DNA of 63,089 bases, the filler included. It is 5 parts of 5 records of this genome, joined end to end, with 100 filler letters (N's around TTAATTAATTAA, not from the genome) between each part and the next. Parts side by side here need not be neighbours in the genome. Positions count along the whole stretch, not along the records: positions 18,575 to 37,543 come from SRR31156797_2576; positions 37,644 to 51,750 come from SRR31156797_2594; 3 more parts are not named here. The stretch is one strand, 5' to 3'. Below the pieces are notes generated by a model. It searched no databases, was not told the DNA's origin, and saw nothing but the letters and a program-made list of their open reading frames with translations. Below, one piece after another: positions 37,213-47,445 of the stretch; the stretch's first letter is position 1, and every line of letters starts with the position of its first letter. The position numbers and the translations under genes are program-made.

Positions 37213-37543
37213 CTAAAAATGATCTCTTCTTACATCTGCATCTTGAGGAGCATTAAAGCCAACCTCACGGAGAGCCTTAAAGATCCCGGAACCCTTATTT
37301 TCAAAACTCTTGTGGAGCTGCGCGTACCGTTGCTTTGTTCCCCACGCATGAGGGCAATAGTCATTAAAGTAGGTGGAGCCGTCAAAACAATCTGTAAGGA
37401 TATCTGCTTCAGCCTGTGTCGAGATTCCAATTTCTTCAGCACTGTCAATTTGCTGAATCCATTTTTCACAAACAGACTCAACAAAAGATTTGTCGAGTTC
37501 ATTTGCTTCAGCAATACAATCCGGCACCTCAAGACGATGCCTA
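37213..37543 (-). CDS. Hypothetical protein, probably 5'-truncated by the contig end
   Basis: Frame stays open to the contig edge (RHRLEVPDCIAE...). Confidence 0.5.
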
Positions 37544-37643
37544 NNNNNNNNNNNNNNNNNNNNNNNNNNNNNNNNNNNNNNNNNNNNTTAATTAATTAAN
37601 NNNNNNNNNNNNNNNNNNNNNNNNNNNNNNNNNNNNNNNNNNN
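37544..37643. other. Artificial contig linker
   Basis: 44 N + TTAATTAATTAA + 44 N. Confidence 0.99.
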
Positions 37644-38272
37644 TCACAATCAACATTACTGATGTAGCTGAAAGTAATAATCCTGACATTGCAGATGGAA
37701 GCGCATATATTGACGAAGATGCTGATAATGAAACCTTTGTTTATGACGTCAATGACGAAAACACAAACGACGATATTGATGCTGACGGACAAGTATTGAC
37801 TTATCAAATTGTAGAAGGGAACAATGACGGAATTTTCACCATAAATGCTAATAATGGAGAAATATCTATTATCGACAATACAAATCTTAACTTTGATAAC
37901 ACAGATAGATATAATCTCTCAATTCAAGCAAGCGACCCTGACAATAATACTGATGAAGCTATCATTACTATTTACATCATTGACAAAATAGAATCAATTA
38001 CGGTACCTGAGGGATTTTCACCAAATAGCGATGGATACAATGATTTCTTCGAAATAAATGGAGTAACAGCTTCTGATAAAGTTGACATCAAAATCTATAA
38101 CCGATGGGGAACTCTTGTATATGAAAATAACAATTATAAAAATGACTGGGATGGAAAAGCAAACGCAAATCTATCTTTAGGAAATGAGCTGCCCTCCGGA
38201 ACTTATTTCTATATCATTCATATAAATGGTAATTCAAAAGAGTTAAGTGGAAACGTGTACATGAAACGATAA
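37644..38272 (+). CDS. C-terminal part of a cadherin-domain surface protein with a T9SS type-B (gliding-motility-associated) CTD; 5'-truncated
   Basis: Frame open from the contig edge; cadherin-like LTYQIVEGN.DGIFTI...GEI; VPEGFSPNSDGYND...IYNRWG...WDG...GTYFY. Confidence 0.88.
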
Positions 38273-38283
38273 GACTAATTAAC

Positions 38284-39216
38284 ATGATAATACATCAAAA
38301 ATCAATTTTAAAAACGCTAGCCTTAATTGTACTGATCATCGTCAGTACAATTACAAATGCTCAGCAGGAGCCAATGTTTACTCAATATACATTCAATCCA
38401 ATATCAGTAAACCCGGCATACGCAGGCACCACAAACGCATTAAATATCAACACATTAACAAGATTGCAGTGGGTTGGTCTCGATGGAGCACCTACAACTT
38501 ACAGTATTGCTGCCCATACACCTTACAATAAGAAAAAAGTTGGATTAGGCGTTACCCTGATTACAGATGAAGTAGGTCCCATTAGAAACACTTACTTTAC
38601 TGTAAATTATGCTTACAGAATTAAACTTTCAGAAAAAATCATGCTCTCCATGGGGCTTAAAGGTGGAATAGTAAGCTATAAAGCTTCTATCAGCGATCTG
38701 GAATTAAACGATTTTGGCGATCCTGTTTTTGCGAGTAACGACAGAAGAGTTAATCCAAATCTGGGAGCAGGTTTGTACATGTACACAGACAAATATTACG
38801 CAGGATTCTCTGCCCCGAAGTTATTTGAAACTACACTAGATGAAGAAAATGCCCAAGGTAATGCAATGAAAAGACATTATTACATTATCGGTGGGTATAT
38901 TGTACCAATTAATGAAAATGTAATATTCAAACCAACAGTCCTCTTTAAAGCTGTACAAGGCTCTCCACTTTCCACTGATCTAACAGCACAATTTCTATTG
39001 AGAGAAAAACTTTGGTTAGGCGCGATGTATCGGATTGGAGATGCTGCCGGACTATTTGTGGACGTTAAAGTGACAGAGCAGCTTACAATTGGATATGGTT
39101 ATGATTATAGCTTAAACGGCCTCACCGGATTTAATAGAGGAACACACGAATTCGTTTTAAGTTACGATTTCTATAAATTCCACGGAAGTAAAGTAAAATC
39201 ACCACGTTATTTCTAA
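38284..39216 (+). CDS. PorP/SprF-family T9SS outer-membrane protein
   Basis: QQEPMFTQY, NPAYAG, RLQWVGLDGAP, GYGYD, GTHE, SPRYF. Confidence 0.93.
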   Translation: MIIHQKSILKTLALIVLIIVSTITNAQQEPMFTQYTFNPISVNPAYAGTTNALNINTLTRLQWVGLDGAPTTYSIAAHTPYNKKKVGLGVTLITDEVGPIRNTYFTVNYAYRIKLSEKIMLSMGLKGGIVSYKASISDLELNDFGDPVFASNDRRVNPNLGAGLYMYTDKYYAGFSAPKLFETTLDEENAQGNAMKRHYYIIGGYIVPINENVIFKPTVLFKAVQGSPLSTDLTAQFLLREKLWLGAMYRIGDAAGLFVDVKVTEQLTIGYGYDYSLNGLTGFNRGTHEFVLSYDFYKFHGSKVKSPRYF

Positions 39217-39233
39217 TCTTAAAGTTTATAATT

Positions 39234-41432
39234 TTGAAAAAATATATACCAATACTAATAATCATAACAGCCTTTTTTACAGTAAATGAGAAAACACTGG
39301 CTCAAAAAGGTAAAATTGACTCTTTACTTAACACATTCATATACAAATCGGCAGATAATAACTACAACAAACTTGCCTACATGGATGCAATAAAGAAGTA
39401 TGAAAAAATGATAAAGAAAGGTGTTAAAAATCAAGATATTTATCGAAAGCTTGGAACAGCATACTTCAAAACCGGACAATCAAAATTGGCAGAAACATAC
39501 TTGAAAAAAGTTGTAAACTATGGTGAATATGAGCCAGAAGACGCATATCTTTTAGCTCAGGTACTGCGCTACAATCAACAGTATAAAGAGTCAGACAATT
39601 GGATTAAAAAATTCGCCGCAAAAAATCCTAATGACACCAGAGGAGAAAGACAAGACAACGCATTTGAGAAAGTGGAAGAAATGAAAGCTTTTCCTAAATA
39701 CGAAATCGAAGAAGTAAATTTTAACACACCCTATTCTGAATTTGGTCCTGCCAAATATGGAGACAAGCTCTTTTTCACATCTGAAAGAAAATTAGATGAA
39801 ATCATCAACTATGAATATGCTTGGAAAGACGCACCTTATCTTGATCTTTATCAGGTAGATCTGGAAGGTTTGGTTACACGCCCACGAATGCTTGAGGGAA
39901 AGGTAAACTCAAAATTTCATGATGGCCCGGCATGTTTTAGTTCCGATGGTACTGAGATTTTCTTTACCAGAAACAATACATTATTCCGCGTCATCTCAAA
40001 AAAAGGAAAAGATCGAACCAATCATTTGAGAATATACCATGCTAAAATCAAAAATAATACTGTAAGTGAACCCGTAGAAATGCCATTTAACAGCACCGAT
40101 TATTCTTGTGGGCATCCGTCATTGTCTAAAGATGGATTAACACTTTATTTTGCTTCCGACATGCCAGGCGGAAATGGCGGTACAGATATTTATAAGGTTA
40201 CAAAAAACGACTCAGGATGGAGTGAGCCGGTAAATCTTGGAAAAAAGGTCAATACAGAGGGTGATGAAATGTTTCCATTTATACATGAATCGGGTGATTT
40301 ATATTTCAGCTCAAACGGACACTGGAATATGGGTGGTCTTGATTTATTCAAGGCTGTAAAAAATGGAGATACATACAAAGTGGAAAACATGGGATACCCA
40401 CTCAATAGCTCATTCGACGATTTTAGCATTTATATAGATTCTGAAGGTAAAACCGGCTATTTTGCGTCAAATCGTGAAGGAGGAACCGGTGACGATGACT
40501 TATACAGTTTTAAAGTACTCGATATCGACTTGATTGTGCAAGGTAAAGTACTGGATAAAGATTCAAAAGAGCGACTCTCAAATGTTGAAGTTCTGGGAAA
40601 TGGAAAAAAATTAAACGTTACAGAAGATGAAATTGATTATAGAATTAAAATCAAACCTGATCAGAAATTAAGTCTTGAGGCTAGCCTTACTAAATACATT
40701 CCATTCCTGGAAGAAATCAATCCCATGGAAATAGAAAAAGAAGAAAATATTATTACTTACGATATTTTAATGAAAAAAGTACCAGAGTGGGGAATTTATG
40801 GTAAAGTCTATTATAAACATAACAATGAACCTATTCCGGATGTACAAATTACAATCACAGATTTAAATCTGCAAAAGGTTGAAGATTACTTTACAGACGA
40901 AAATGGAGAGTTTCGGATAAAACTTGAAAAAGAAACTGACTACGATGTACTATTCGCAAAAAAAGGAATCTTTGCCAAACGTGTAGAATATACCACTAAA
41001 AATCGTGAGCCCGGTTGGATAAACCTCAACGAATTTATTGACCTTACATTTGAAAAAGTTGAGGTAAATAAAACAATCGAGATTCCGAATATCTATTATG
41101 ATTTGGGTAAATGGGCTATTCGGGATGATGCCGCTGTAGAGCTTGATAAAGTTGTTCAATTCTTAACCGACAATAGTGATATTAACATTGAACTAGGTTC
41201 ACATACAGATGCTCGAGGAAGTAAAAAATCTAACCAATGGCTATCACAGAAAAGAGCTGAATCAGCCGTAAATTATATTGTTACACACGGAATTGAGAAG
41301 AGTAGAATTACTGCGAAAGGATATGGCGAGTCAAAAATTAAAAATCGTTGTAAAGATGGAGTAAGATGTTCCGAAAAAGAACATCAAGAGAATAGAAGAA
41401 CTGAGATTCGGGTTACCGGAATCGAGGATTAA
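39234..41432 (+). CDS. OmpA-family protein with TPR, PD40 beta-propeller and carboxypeptidase-regulatory-like domains (PorE-like)
   Basis: LYFASDMPGGNGGTDIY, GYFASNREGG; OmpA domain NIYYD, GSHTDARG, LSQKRA, NRRTE. Confidence 0.92.
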   Translation: MKKYIPILIIITAFFTVNEKTLAQKGKIDSLLNTFIYKSADNNYNKLAYMDAIKKYEKMIKKGVKNQDIYRKLGTAYFKTGQSKLAETYLKKVVNYGEYEPEDAYLLAQVLRYNQQYKESDNWIKKFAAKNPNDTRGERQDNAFEKVEEMKAFPKYEIEEVNFNTPYSEFGPAKYGDKLFFTSERKLDEIINYEYAWKDAPYLDLYQVDLEGLVTRPRMLEGKVNSKFHDGPACFSSDGTEIFFTRNNTLFRVISKKGKDRTNHLRIYHAKIKNNTVSEPVEMPFNSTDYSCGHPSLSKDGLTLYFASDMPGGNGGTDIYKVTKNDSGWSEPVNLGKKVNTEGDEMFPFIHESGDLYFSSNGHWNMGGLDLFKAVKNGDTYKVENMGYPLNSSFDDFSIYIDSEGKTGYFASNREGGTGDDDLYSFKVLDIDLIVQGKVLDKDSKERLSNVEVLGNGKKLNVTEDEIDYRIKIKPDQKLSLEASLTKYIPFLEEINPMEIEKEENIITYDILMKKVPEWGIYGKVYYKHNNEPIPDVQITITDLNLQKVEDYFTDENGEFRIKLEKETDYDVLFAKKGIFAKRVEYTTKNREPGWINLNEFIDLTFEKVEVNKTIEIPNIYYDLGKWAIRDDAAVELDKVVQFLTDNSDINIELGSHTDARGSKKSNQWLSQKRAESAVNYIVTHGIEKSRITAKGYGESKIKNRCKDGVRCSEKEHQENRRTEIRVTGIED

Positions 41433-41610
41433 CCATGTATATAGCTATTCTATGGTTAGGCCCTGCCCTCATGGTGGGGCTTTTTCATTATTCATATTAT
41501 AATTCTTCACAAACAAACATAATGCTTTGAAAATTAGATTTAAATATCATAAATTTGATTTGGTCAAAAAGAAGTATCATTCCATTTGAATTACTGTAAA
41601 ACTTAGTATC

Positions 41611-44307
41611 ATGAAAATAATCAATCTGCTTATCACTTGCTTGATAATCTTATTATCAGCCTCCGCCCTTGTTGCTCAAAATGAAGAACTTGCAAAAATT
41701 AATAAGTTTATTGAAAAAGGAAAAGTTGAAAAAGCTAAAGAATTTTGTTTTGAAAGCACAAAGCATCTTACGGAAGAAAAAAGAACAGAATGCTTCATTA
41801 TTACAGGTAAAGGTTATGTATCTACAAGCAATGGCAAGAGCTTACCTTCATTTTTAAAAGAAATTTTAAAAAATGAAAATATCAATATTGCTACTTCTTT
41901 TACTAATGCCATGTTTGAAAGAGAGAGTTACTATGGCAAAAAACTTTTTCCCATTTTAGGCGATGCGCTTATCAAAAAAGATATGATAAATGAAGCAGCT
42001 GAGTTTATATCCAAAATTAACAAGGAGGAGTATACTTCAACAATTGCTGAGAAGTTTGCTTCAAAAGACAAACCTTATTATAATCCTCAAAAAGCTATTG
42101 AGCTTTATCAAAAACTTAATAACACAGAGCCACTGTCAGAACTACTTTTTGAAACGGGTGACTATAAAAATGCTATAACATATATATCTCCTTCTGAGTG
42201 TTTAAAGTATGGCGACAAACTTATTTTAGCCAATAAAAAACTGGAAGCGATTCCTTTTTTCATCAAACATCTTAACGCAAACATGACTGTAAATAAGTTT
42301 GATTTTTTTACTGATAAAAGCATTATTAATACACTAAAAGCTGAGAATAATTACAAAACTTTTTATACACAATTGAAAGAATCATATATTGAAAATCTTG
42401 GACCTAAGTTTCCACCTTTCCCCCGGACTCCTGAGAGTATTACTGCATATGCTATGCTCAATAATGGCAAAACCGTAAATGAAACAAAAGAGCTATTAAA
42501 GGAACTGAAAATAATGGATCATGTGGCCAATCTCATCATTATTGAATCTTTGATAAATCTGAATAAAATGTCTGAGGTTACGAATCGCATAGCAGGATTC
42601 AAAGGGGAGAAAAAACTTTCATACTATGTTTTCTCAGAATTGATGCTGGATAATTCAAACTCAAACCACAATACATACAAAGCGTCACTCTCAAAAAAAA
42701 TAGGCAAGCCAACATCTTCTATCACATCTAATTACATTGGAAGTGCCGCAGTAATATATGCACTTATTAATTTAACTGAGACGGAAGACAACTATATGGA
42801 TTATTGGAAATTTCACGATTTAGGCGATACTTACAATTCACTAAATAGACTAGCAAAGGAAAAAGATGGAGAAAAATATAAATCCAGATTTGAAAAAATT
42901 GTCAATGATTATAAAGAAAATTACAACTCTCATATTCAAATTGGTAAAATAATTAGTCAGAAAATAACGGCAGATGTAATGCCATTAATTTACAAACTAC
43001 TCGATGGAATTAAGAAAACCGAAGATAGGCAATTAGCACAATTGCTCGCTATGCGTATGTATTTATCAATGAGTGACTATCATATATTCAAATCCCTCAC
43101 TTATGATACTAAAGTTGCGCAAAAAGCAATAGTTAATCGAAAAAAATGGGACGAGGCAATGAATGTCCTTGATCTTGGGTTAATTCTTTCAGATAGAGTA
43201 GCAGAGTTAATTAAACTTCGCAGTCTCAAAGCTGAATACCATAACAATATTATCAAATACCTTGATATAATCACAAAAAGTATTGAAGAAGCACAAGCAA
43301 AAGGAGAAATATCTTATAGCAACCTGGCTGAACTATCTAAAGCAAAAAATAGTATTTATTTCAATTATATCGAATCTGGTCTAGAGTTCTGTAAGGCACA
43401 AGTTATTGAAATGCATAAAGAGTCTGAAAGTTTGAAAAGCAAAGGAAATAATCTTACAGAAAGTGAGCAAAAACACCTTAAATATTTGGACGAACTTATT
43501 AAATATGTTGGCCCATTACCAGAAAAGTATCATATCGAATATGCAAATGCCAATGCATCATACAATCGTGGCTTAACTGAAAAGGCAGAGCCAATCATCA
43601 CTAACACAGCTTTAAAAGTCAAGGCTTTAATAAAAGATATTGCAAGGCTTAGTACTTTAAAAAAGCTATACAAAAACCCAAATCCAGTTTATGGGAAAAT
43701 GAAAGATATTGATGGAAATGAATATAAAACCGTCAAAATAGGCAACCAAATTTGGATGGCTGAAAACTTAAAAACTTCCCGCTACAGCAATGGTGAAAAA
43801 ATTCCTTTTGTTGGTAAAGCAAGTGATTGGGCAAAACTAAAACAAACTGCTAAAGCCAGAGTGCAACTTAAGAAAAGTGCAACCAAAGATATTGATGTGG
43901 GAGCATTATATACTTATGCTGCTGCCACAAATGGCATAAATAACATCAACGAACAAATACAAGGGGTATGCCCTGATGGTTGGCATCTACCAACTGATGA
44001 AGAGTGGAAAGAACTCTCAATTCTTGCTTACTATACTGATAGTAAAAATGCCAGTTTGATTCTGTTGGATAAAAAGAGTGGTGGCTTTGATACCTATGGT
44101 TTCTCTGCAAATTTGGGAGGATATACAAGTTCAAGAACAGGAAGTATTATAAAAGAAAATGAAGTGGGTTTCTATTGGACCAGTACATCTTTTAAGAAGA
44201 ATGATGCTTATTATAGATCAGTAGGTTTGCTTGGAAATACCGGTCGATATACTGAACAAAAAGCAAGTGGGTTTTCAGTTCGCTGCGTTAAAAACACAGA
44301 CAAATAA
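41611..44307 (+). CDS. Secreted helical-repeat protein with C-terminal FISUMP (Fibrobacter major paralogous) domain
   Basis: Signal peptide; KDIDGNEYKTVKIGNQIWMAENL, CPDGWHLPTDEEW, GFYWTS, GFSVRCVK. Confidence 0.85.
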   Translation: MKIINLLITCLIILLSASALVAQNEELAKINKFIEKGKVEKAKEFCFESTKHLTEEKRTECFIITGKGYVSTSNGKSLPSFLKEILKNENINIATSFTNAMFERESYYGKKLFPILGDALIKKDMINEAAEFISKINKEEYTSTIAEKFASKDKPYYNPQKAIELYQKLNNTEPLSELLFETGDYKNAITYISPSECLKYGDKLILANKKLEAIPFFIKHLNANMTVNKFDFFTDKSIINTLKAENNYKTFYTQLKESYIENLGPKFPPFPRTPESITAYAMLNNGKTVNETKELLKELKIMDHVANLIIIESLINLNKMSEVTNRIAGFKGEKKLSYYVFSELMLDNSNSNHNTYKASLSKKIGKPTSSITSNYIGSAAVIYALINLTETEDNYMDYWKFHDLGDTYNSLNRLAKEKDGEKYKSRFEKIVNDYKENYNSHIQIGKIISQKITADVMPLIYKLLDGIKKTEDRQLAQLLAMRMYLSMSDYHIFKSLTYDTKVAQKAIVNRKKWDEAMNVLDLGLILSDRVAELIKLRSLKAEYHNNIIKYLDIITKSIEEAQAKGEISYSNLAELSKAKNSIYFNYIESGLEFCKAQVIEMHKESESLKSKGNNLTESEQKHLKYLDELIKYVGPLPEKYHIEYANANASYNRGLTEKAEPIITNTALKVKALIKDIARLSTLKKLYKNPNPVYGKMKDIDGNEYKTVKIGNQIWMAENLKTSRYSNGEKIPFVGKASDWAKLKQTAKARVQLKKSATKDIDVGALYTYAAATNGINNINEQIQGVCPDGWHLPTDEEWKELSILAYYTDSKNASLILLDKKSGGFDTYGFSANLGGYTSSRTGSIIKENEVGFYWTSTSFKKNDAYYRSVGLLGNTGRYTEQKASGFSVRCVKNTDK

Positions 44308-44410
44308 ATTGATGGTTAACGCTGAAGCTTCTGTTTAAAAATCCACCCTTTCATAAAAGAAAAATTGTAAATTGCAGACCGCTTTTAAGCACTAACTAAA
44401 TCTTGAAATC

Positions 44411-44917
44411 ATGAAAAAAATTGCAGTTCTGGCTATCGTGGCTATAGCTTTAATAGGTTGTAACCAAAAAAAACAGCCTACTAGACAAGAAATGACTGAC
44501 AAGCAACAAACCGAGCAAAAACAAGAAAGTAAAAGTGACCCTCAATTACCCACAACAAATGACAGCACGTTAGTGGTTGATAACGAACATGCTATCATGT
44601 TCATGCCTGACTCACTGGAGCTAAATGAAATAGCAAATAAATATGGACCTGAAGGATTAGCTGAAGCAGCATCAGATATGTCATTCTACGCCATGACAGC
44701 AAGTGATATAATTGATACAATTGGCATAGAAACAACTATTTCAGATAAAAAATATCTTATACTAATAAATCCGGATAATAGTCAAATTAAACTTGAACGA
44801 AAAAAAATCCAGGAAGGAGATGTTGTACTTTTTAAGCCTGGTAAAGATCCTTTATTTACCTATGCAGCCGGATTCGAGAAACAAACAGCACTTGAATATT
44901 TTGAAATTGAAAAGTAA
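44411..44917 (+). CDS. Hypothetical lipoprotein
   Basis: Lipobox LIGC, Gln/Lys-rich linker. Confidence 0.75.
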   Translation: MKKIAVLAIVAIALIGCNQKKQPTRQEMTDKQQTEQKQESKSDPQLPTTNDSTLVVDNEHAIMFMPDSLELNEIANKYGPEGLAEAASDMSFYAMTASDIIDTIGIETTISDKKYLILINPDNSQIKLERKKIQEGDVVLFKPGKDPLFTYAAGFEKQTALEYFEIEK

Positions 44918-44922
44918 AAGTC

Positions 44923-45438
44923 ATGAGCAAACAAACTAAAAAAGGGGTTAAAAAGATAGCACTTACAGACGAAGACAAAACCCTAATAAACAGACAAATG
45001 CGAGCAGGGATTGTAGTGTCATTTTTAATATTATTTATTGGAATAGGAACAGCATTAATCATATTCTTTTTAGACAAATCTGAACCCAAAATCATTGAAT
45101 CGGGTGAACTATGGATGCCTCTAGTTGGAACTGCAGTACTAGCTAATGGTATTTTCATGCTCATGAATCGCAAGAATTTAGGGGACTTAAAAGACGGATC
45201 TAAAATTATTGAAACCAAAAAGATCCAGAAAAAAGAACTTAAAAAAGACTTTGAAGCAGGTAGCGCCAACCTTCACCCTGGCCAGAAAATGAAGGAACTA
45301 CAATCTACCAACCTCATTATTGACAACACCAGATATGAAGTAGATAAAACAGATTTTGAAAGAGCCGAGGAAGGTGGCGAGGTGTTTTTCCATTATACAG
45401 CGAAAAACAATCAACTTATTAAGATTGAAGTAAAATAG
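44923..45438 (+). CDS. Hypothetical two-TM membrane protein
   Basis: Two hydrophobic helices followed by a soluble domain; operon spacing. Confidence 0.7.
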   Translation: MSKQTKKGVKKIALTDEDKTLINRQMRAGIVVSFLILFIGIGTALIIFFLDKSEPKIIESGELWMPLVGTAVLANGIFMLMNRKNLGDLKDGSKIIETKKIQKKELKKDFEAGSANLHPGQKMKELQSTNLIIDNTRYEVDKTDFERAEEGGEVFFHYTAKNNQLIKIEVK

Positions 45439-45445
45439 TCACACA

Positions 45446-46318
45446 ATGAAAAACCGAATAAGTTGGGTGGTCTTGATCACCCTTTTATTATTTATAGTTA
45501 GCTGTAAGAAAACGGACAAAGCATCGGGTGGTGATTTTAATTTCAATGATCCAACCTATGTCAATTTAGAAAAAAAGGTTCAATCTATTCCATTCCTTTT
45601 TCAATCTGACACAAATAAACTTTATGCTCGTATATTGCAATCTAAAAATAAACATCCCAAACCGACCGTGATATTTCTCCATGGAAACCCGGGCTTTGAG
45701 AAAAATGAAGATATTTGTCAGGCACTCAGGCGGAATGGCTACAATGCAGTTTTCTTCTCTTACACCGGCACATGGGGTAATCCTGGGATTTTTTCATTTA
45801 ACCAATCCATTAGTGACACGAAAAATCTGGTTGCTTATTTAAAAGCAAACTCTAATAAATTAAGAATTGACGTTTCACAACTATATTTATGCGGCTTTAG
45901 TATGGGAGCAGATATAGCACTATTATCCAGTGTTGAACTCCAGAGTCAAATTAAAGGTGTCATAGCAATTGATCCATGGGGAGGATTTCAATGGTTAAAT
46001 GCAAAAAATGAAAATGCTTTGCAACAATACCAAAAAGCATTAGAACATAGACCGGGTATTAACATACCCAATGGTGAAGATTTTACAAATGATATTACAC
46101 AAAACGAAAAGAGCAACCTCAAAAAGCTAAATCTTAACAACAGTAATGCATTATTCATTTTCAGCAATACTAGAAATAAGAAAGATTTTTTTGCTTCGGT
46201 AATAGAAAATAAATTTAAGACAATTGTTATTGAATCAGTAGATCATAGCTTTTCTGACAAAAGAGTAGAGCTATCAATTAAAATCTATAACTGGATTTCA
46301 GACCAAAGAAAACAATGA
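45446..46318 (+). CDS. Alpha/beta-hydrolase lipoprotein
   Basis: Lipobox IVSC; FLHGNPG, GFSMG nucleophile elbow, DHSF. Confidence 0.85.
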   Translation: MKNRISWVVLITLLLFIVSCKKTDKASGGDFNFNDPTYVNLEKKVQSIPFLFQSDTNKLYARILQSKNKHPKPTVIFLHGNPGFEKNEDICQALRRNGYNAVFFSYTGTWGNPGIFSFNQSISDTKNLVAYLKANSNKLRIDVSQLYLCGFSMGADIALLSSVELQSQIKGVIAIDPWGGFQWLNAKNENALQQYQKALEHRPGINIPNGEDFTNDITQNEKSNLKKLNLNNSNALFIFSNTRNKKDFFASVIENKFKTIVIESVDHSFSDKRVELSIKIYNWISDQRKQ

Positions 46319-47253
46319 AGCAATTCCTCAACTATTTCAAAGATTTTCATAAAAACTACTTCGAGATTAAACTATACGTCGTTGTTTTATTATTCATCTC
46401 TAGTCTCATCACTGTCAATTATATGTTTGACATTGAAGACAGCTATATTGATAGTTTTAGGGGAAGCTTTTGGAGAATTCCGCTTTTTTTTCTTTATCAT
46501 GGATTTGCATATTTTGGAGTACTATTAATTATATATCTATTTACCAGAAACAACACCTGGCTTTCAAAAAAATTTCTTTTAAAAAGTCTTATTGGCCTGG
46601 GAATTATGTCCATTGATCGTTCTATTTTCCCCTTTATATCAGACCCTATTCTTGAAGTCGTTCCAAAATTTACCGTCACCTTCATCCGCAAAATTCTAAA
46701 TAATGCCTACGGCTGGTTTACCATTGCTTTGGTACTGGTATTTATTAAAATGATATTTGACCGTAAAGAGAAATTCGGTTTATATGGCTTAACATTAAAA
46801 AATGTAAATTTTAAAGCTTACCTGATATTAATGGCAGCCATGAGCGTTATCATTTTTATAGCTGCGCAATTTCCACACTTTACCGACTATTACCCACTTT
46901 ACAAAACAACTGGAGGACAATTCGTTTCAAAAATTTACGGTATTCCTGAATCATATCTGCAAATTATATATGAGTTCTTCTATGTAACTGATTTTTTTAA
47001 TACCGAGCTTATATTCAGAGGATTTTTCATTATTGGTTTATCAAAACTGATTGGAAAAGATGCCGTATTACCCATGGTAGCCACCTATGCGGTGCTGCAC
47101 TTTGGCAAACCACTTGGAGAGACAATCAGCTCTGTATTTGGAGGATACATTCTTGGAATTCTGGCCTTGTACAGCAAAAACATCTGGGGTGGAATTTTTC
47201 TACATGGTGGTTCTGCATTTTTAATGGAAGTTTTCGCTTTCATGAAAAAATAA
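46315..47253 (+). CDS. CPBP/Abi-family intramembrane glutamic protease
   Basis: Many TMs; TELIFRG, YAVLHFGKP, SKNIWGGIFLH. Confidence 0.8.
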   Translation: MKQFLNYFKDFHKNYFEIKLYVVVLLFISSLITVNYMFDIEDSYIDSFRGSFWRIPLFFLYHGFAYFGVLLIIYLFTRNNTWLSKKFLLKSLIGLGIMSIDRSIFPFISDPILEVVPKFTVTFIRKILNNAYGWFTIALVLVFIKMIFDRKEKFGLYGLTLKNVNFKAYLILMAAMSVIIFIAAQFPHFTDYYPLYKTTGGQFVSKIYGIPESYLQIIYEFFYVTDFFNTELIFRGFFIIGLSKLIGKDAVLPMVATYAVLHFGKPLGETISSVFGGYILGILALYSKNIWGGIFLHGGSAFLMEVFAFMKK

Positions 47254-47445
47254 TAATTGTAAATCCTGTCACTTTTTGCACGTTTTAGCGTCTTATATAT
47301 GGATGTTGGAACGGTCGGTATTCGTTTTATTGGTTTCTGGATTTTCATCAATGGGTTAAACCGGCCGTTCTTTTTTATCTGCCCATTAATCAAGCATTTG
47401 TATATTATTAAAAAATGCGTAATTTTAAGGTTAAAGCTATAAAAA

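Larger units (their letters stand above)
18575..37543. mobile_element. Fragment of a conjugative plasmid or ICE (MPF-T / VirB-VirD4 type)
   Basis: topB, virB2-virB11, virD4, lytic transglycosylase and small unknown ORFs; no housekeeping genes; relaxase, integrase and rep not on this contig. Confidence 0.9.

Noticed and set aside
37644-41432. Type-B CTD protein + PorP/SprF + PorE-like triad as a novel system
   Set aside because: An already described arrangement in Bacteroidota.
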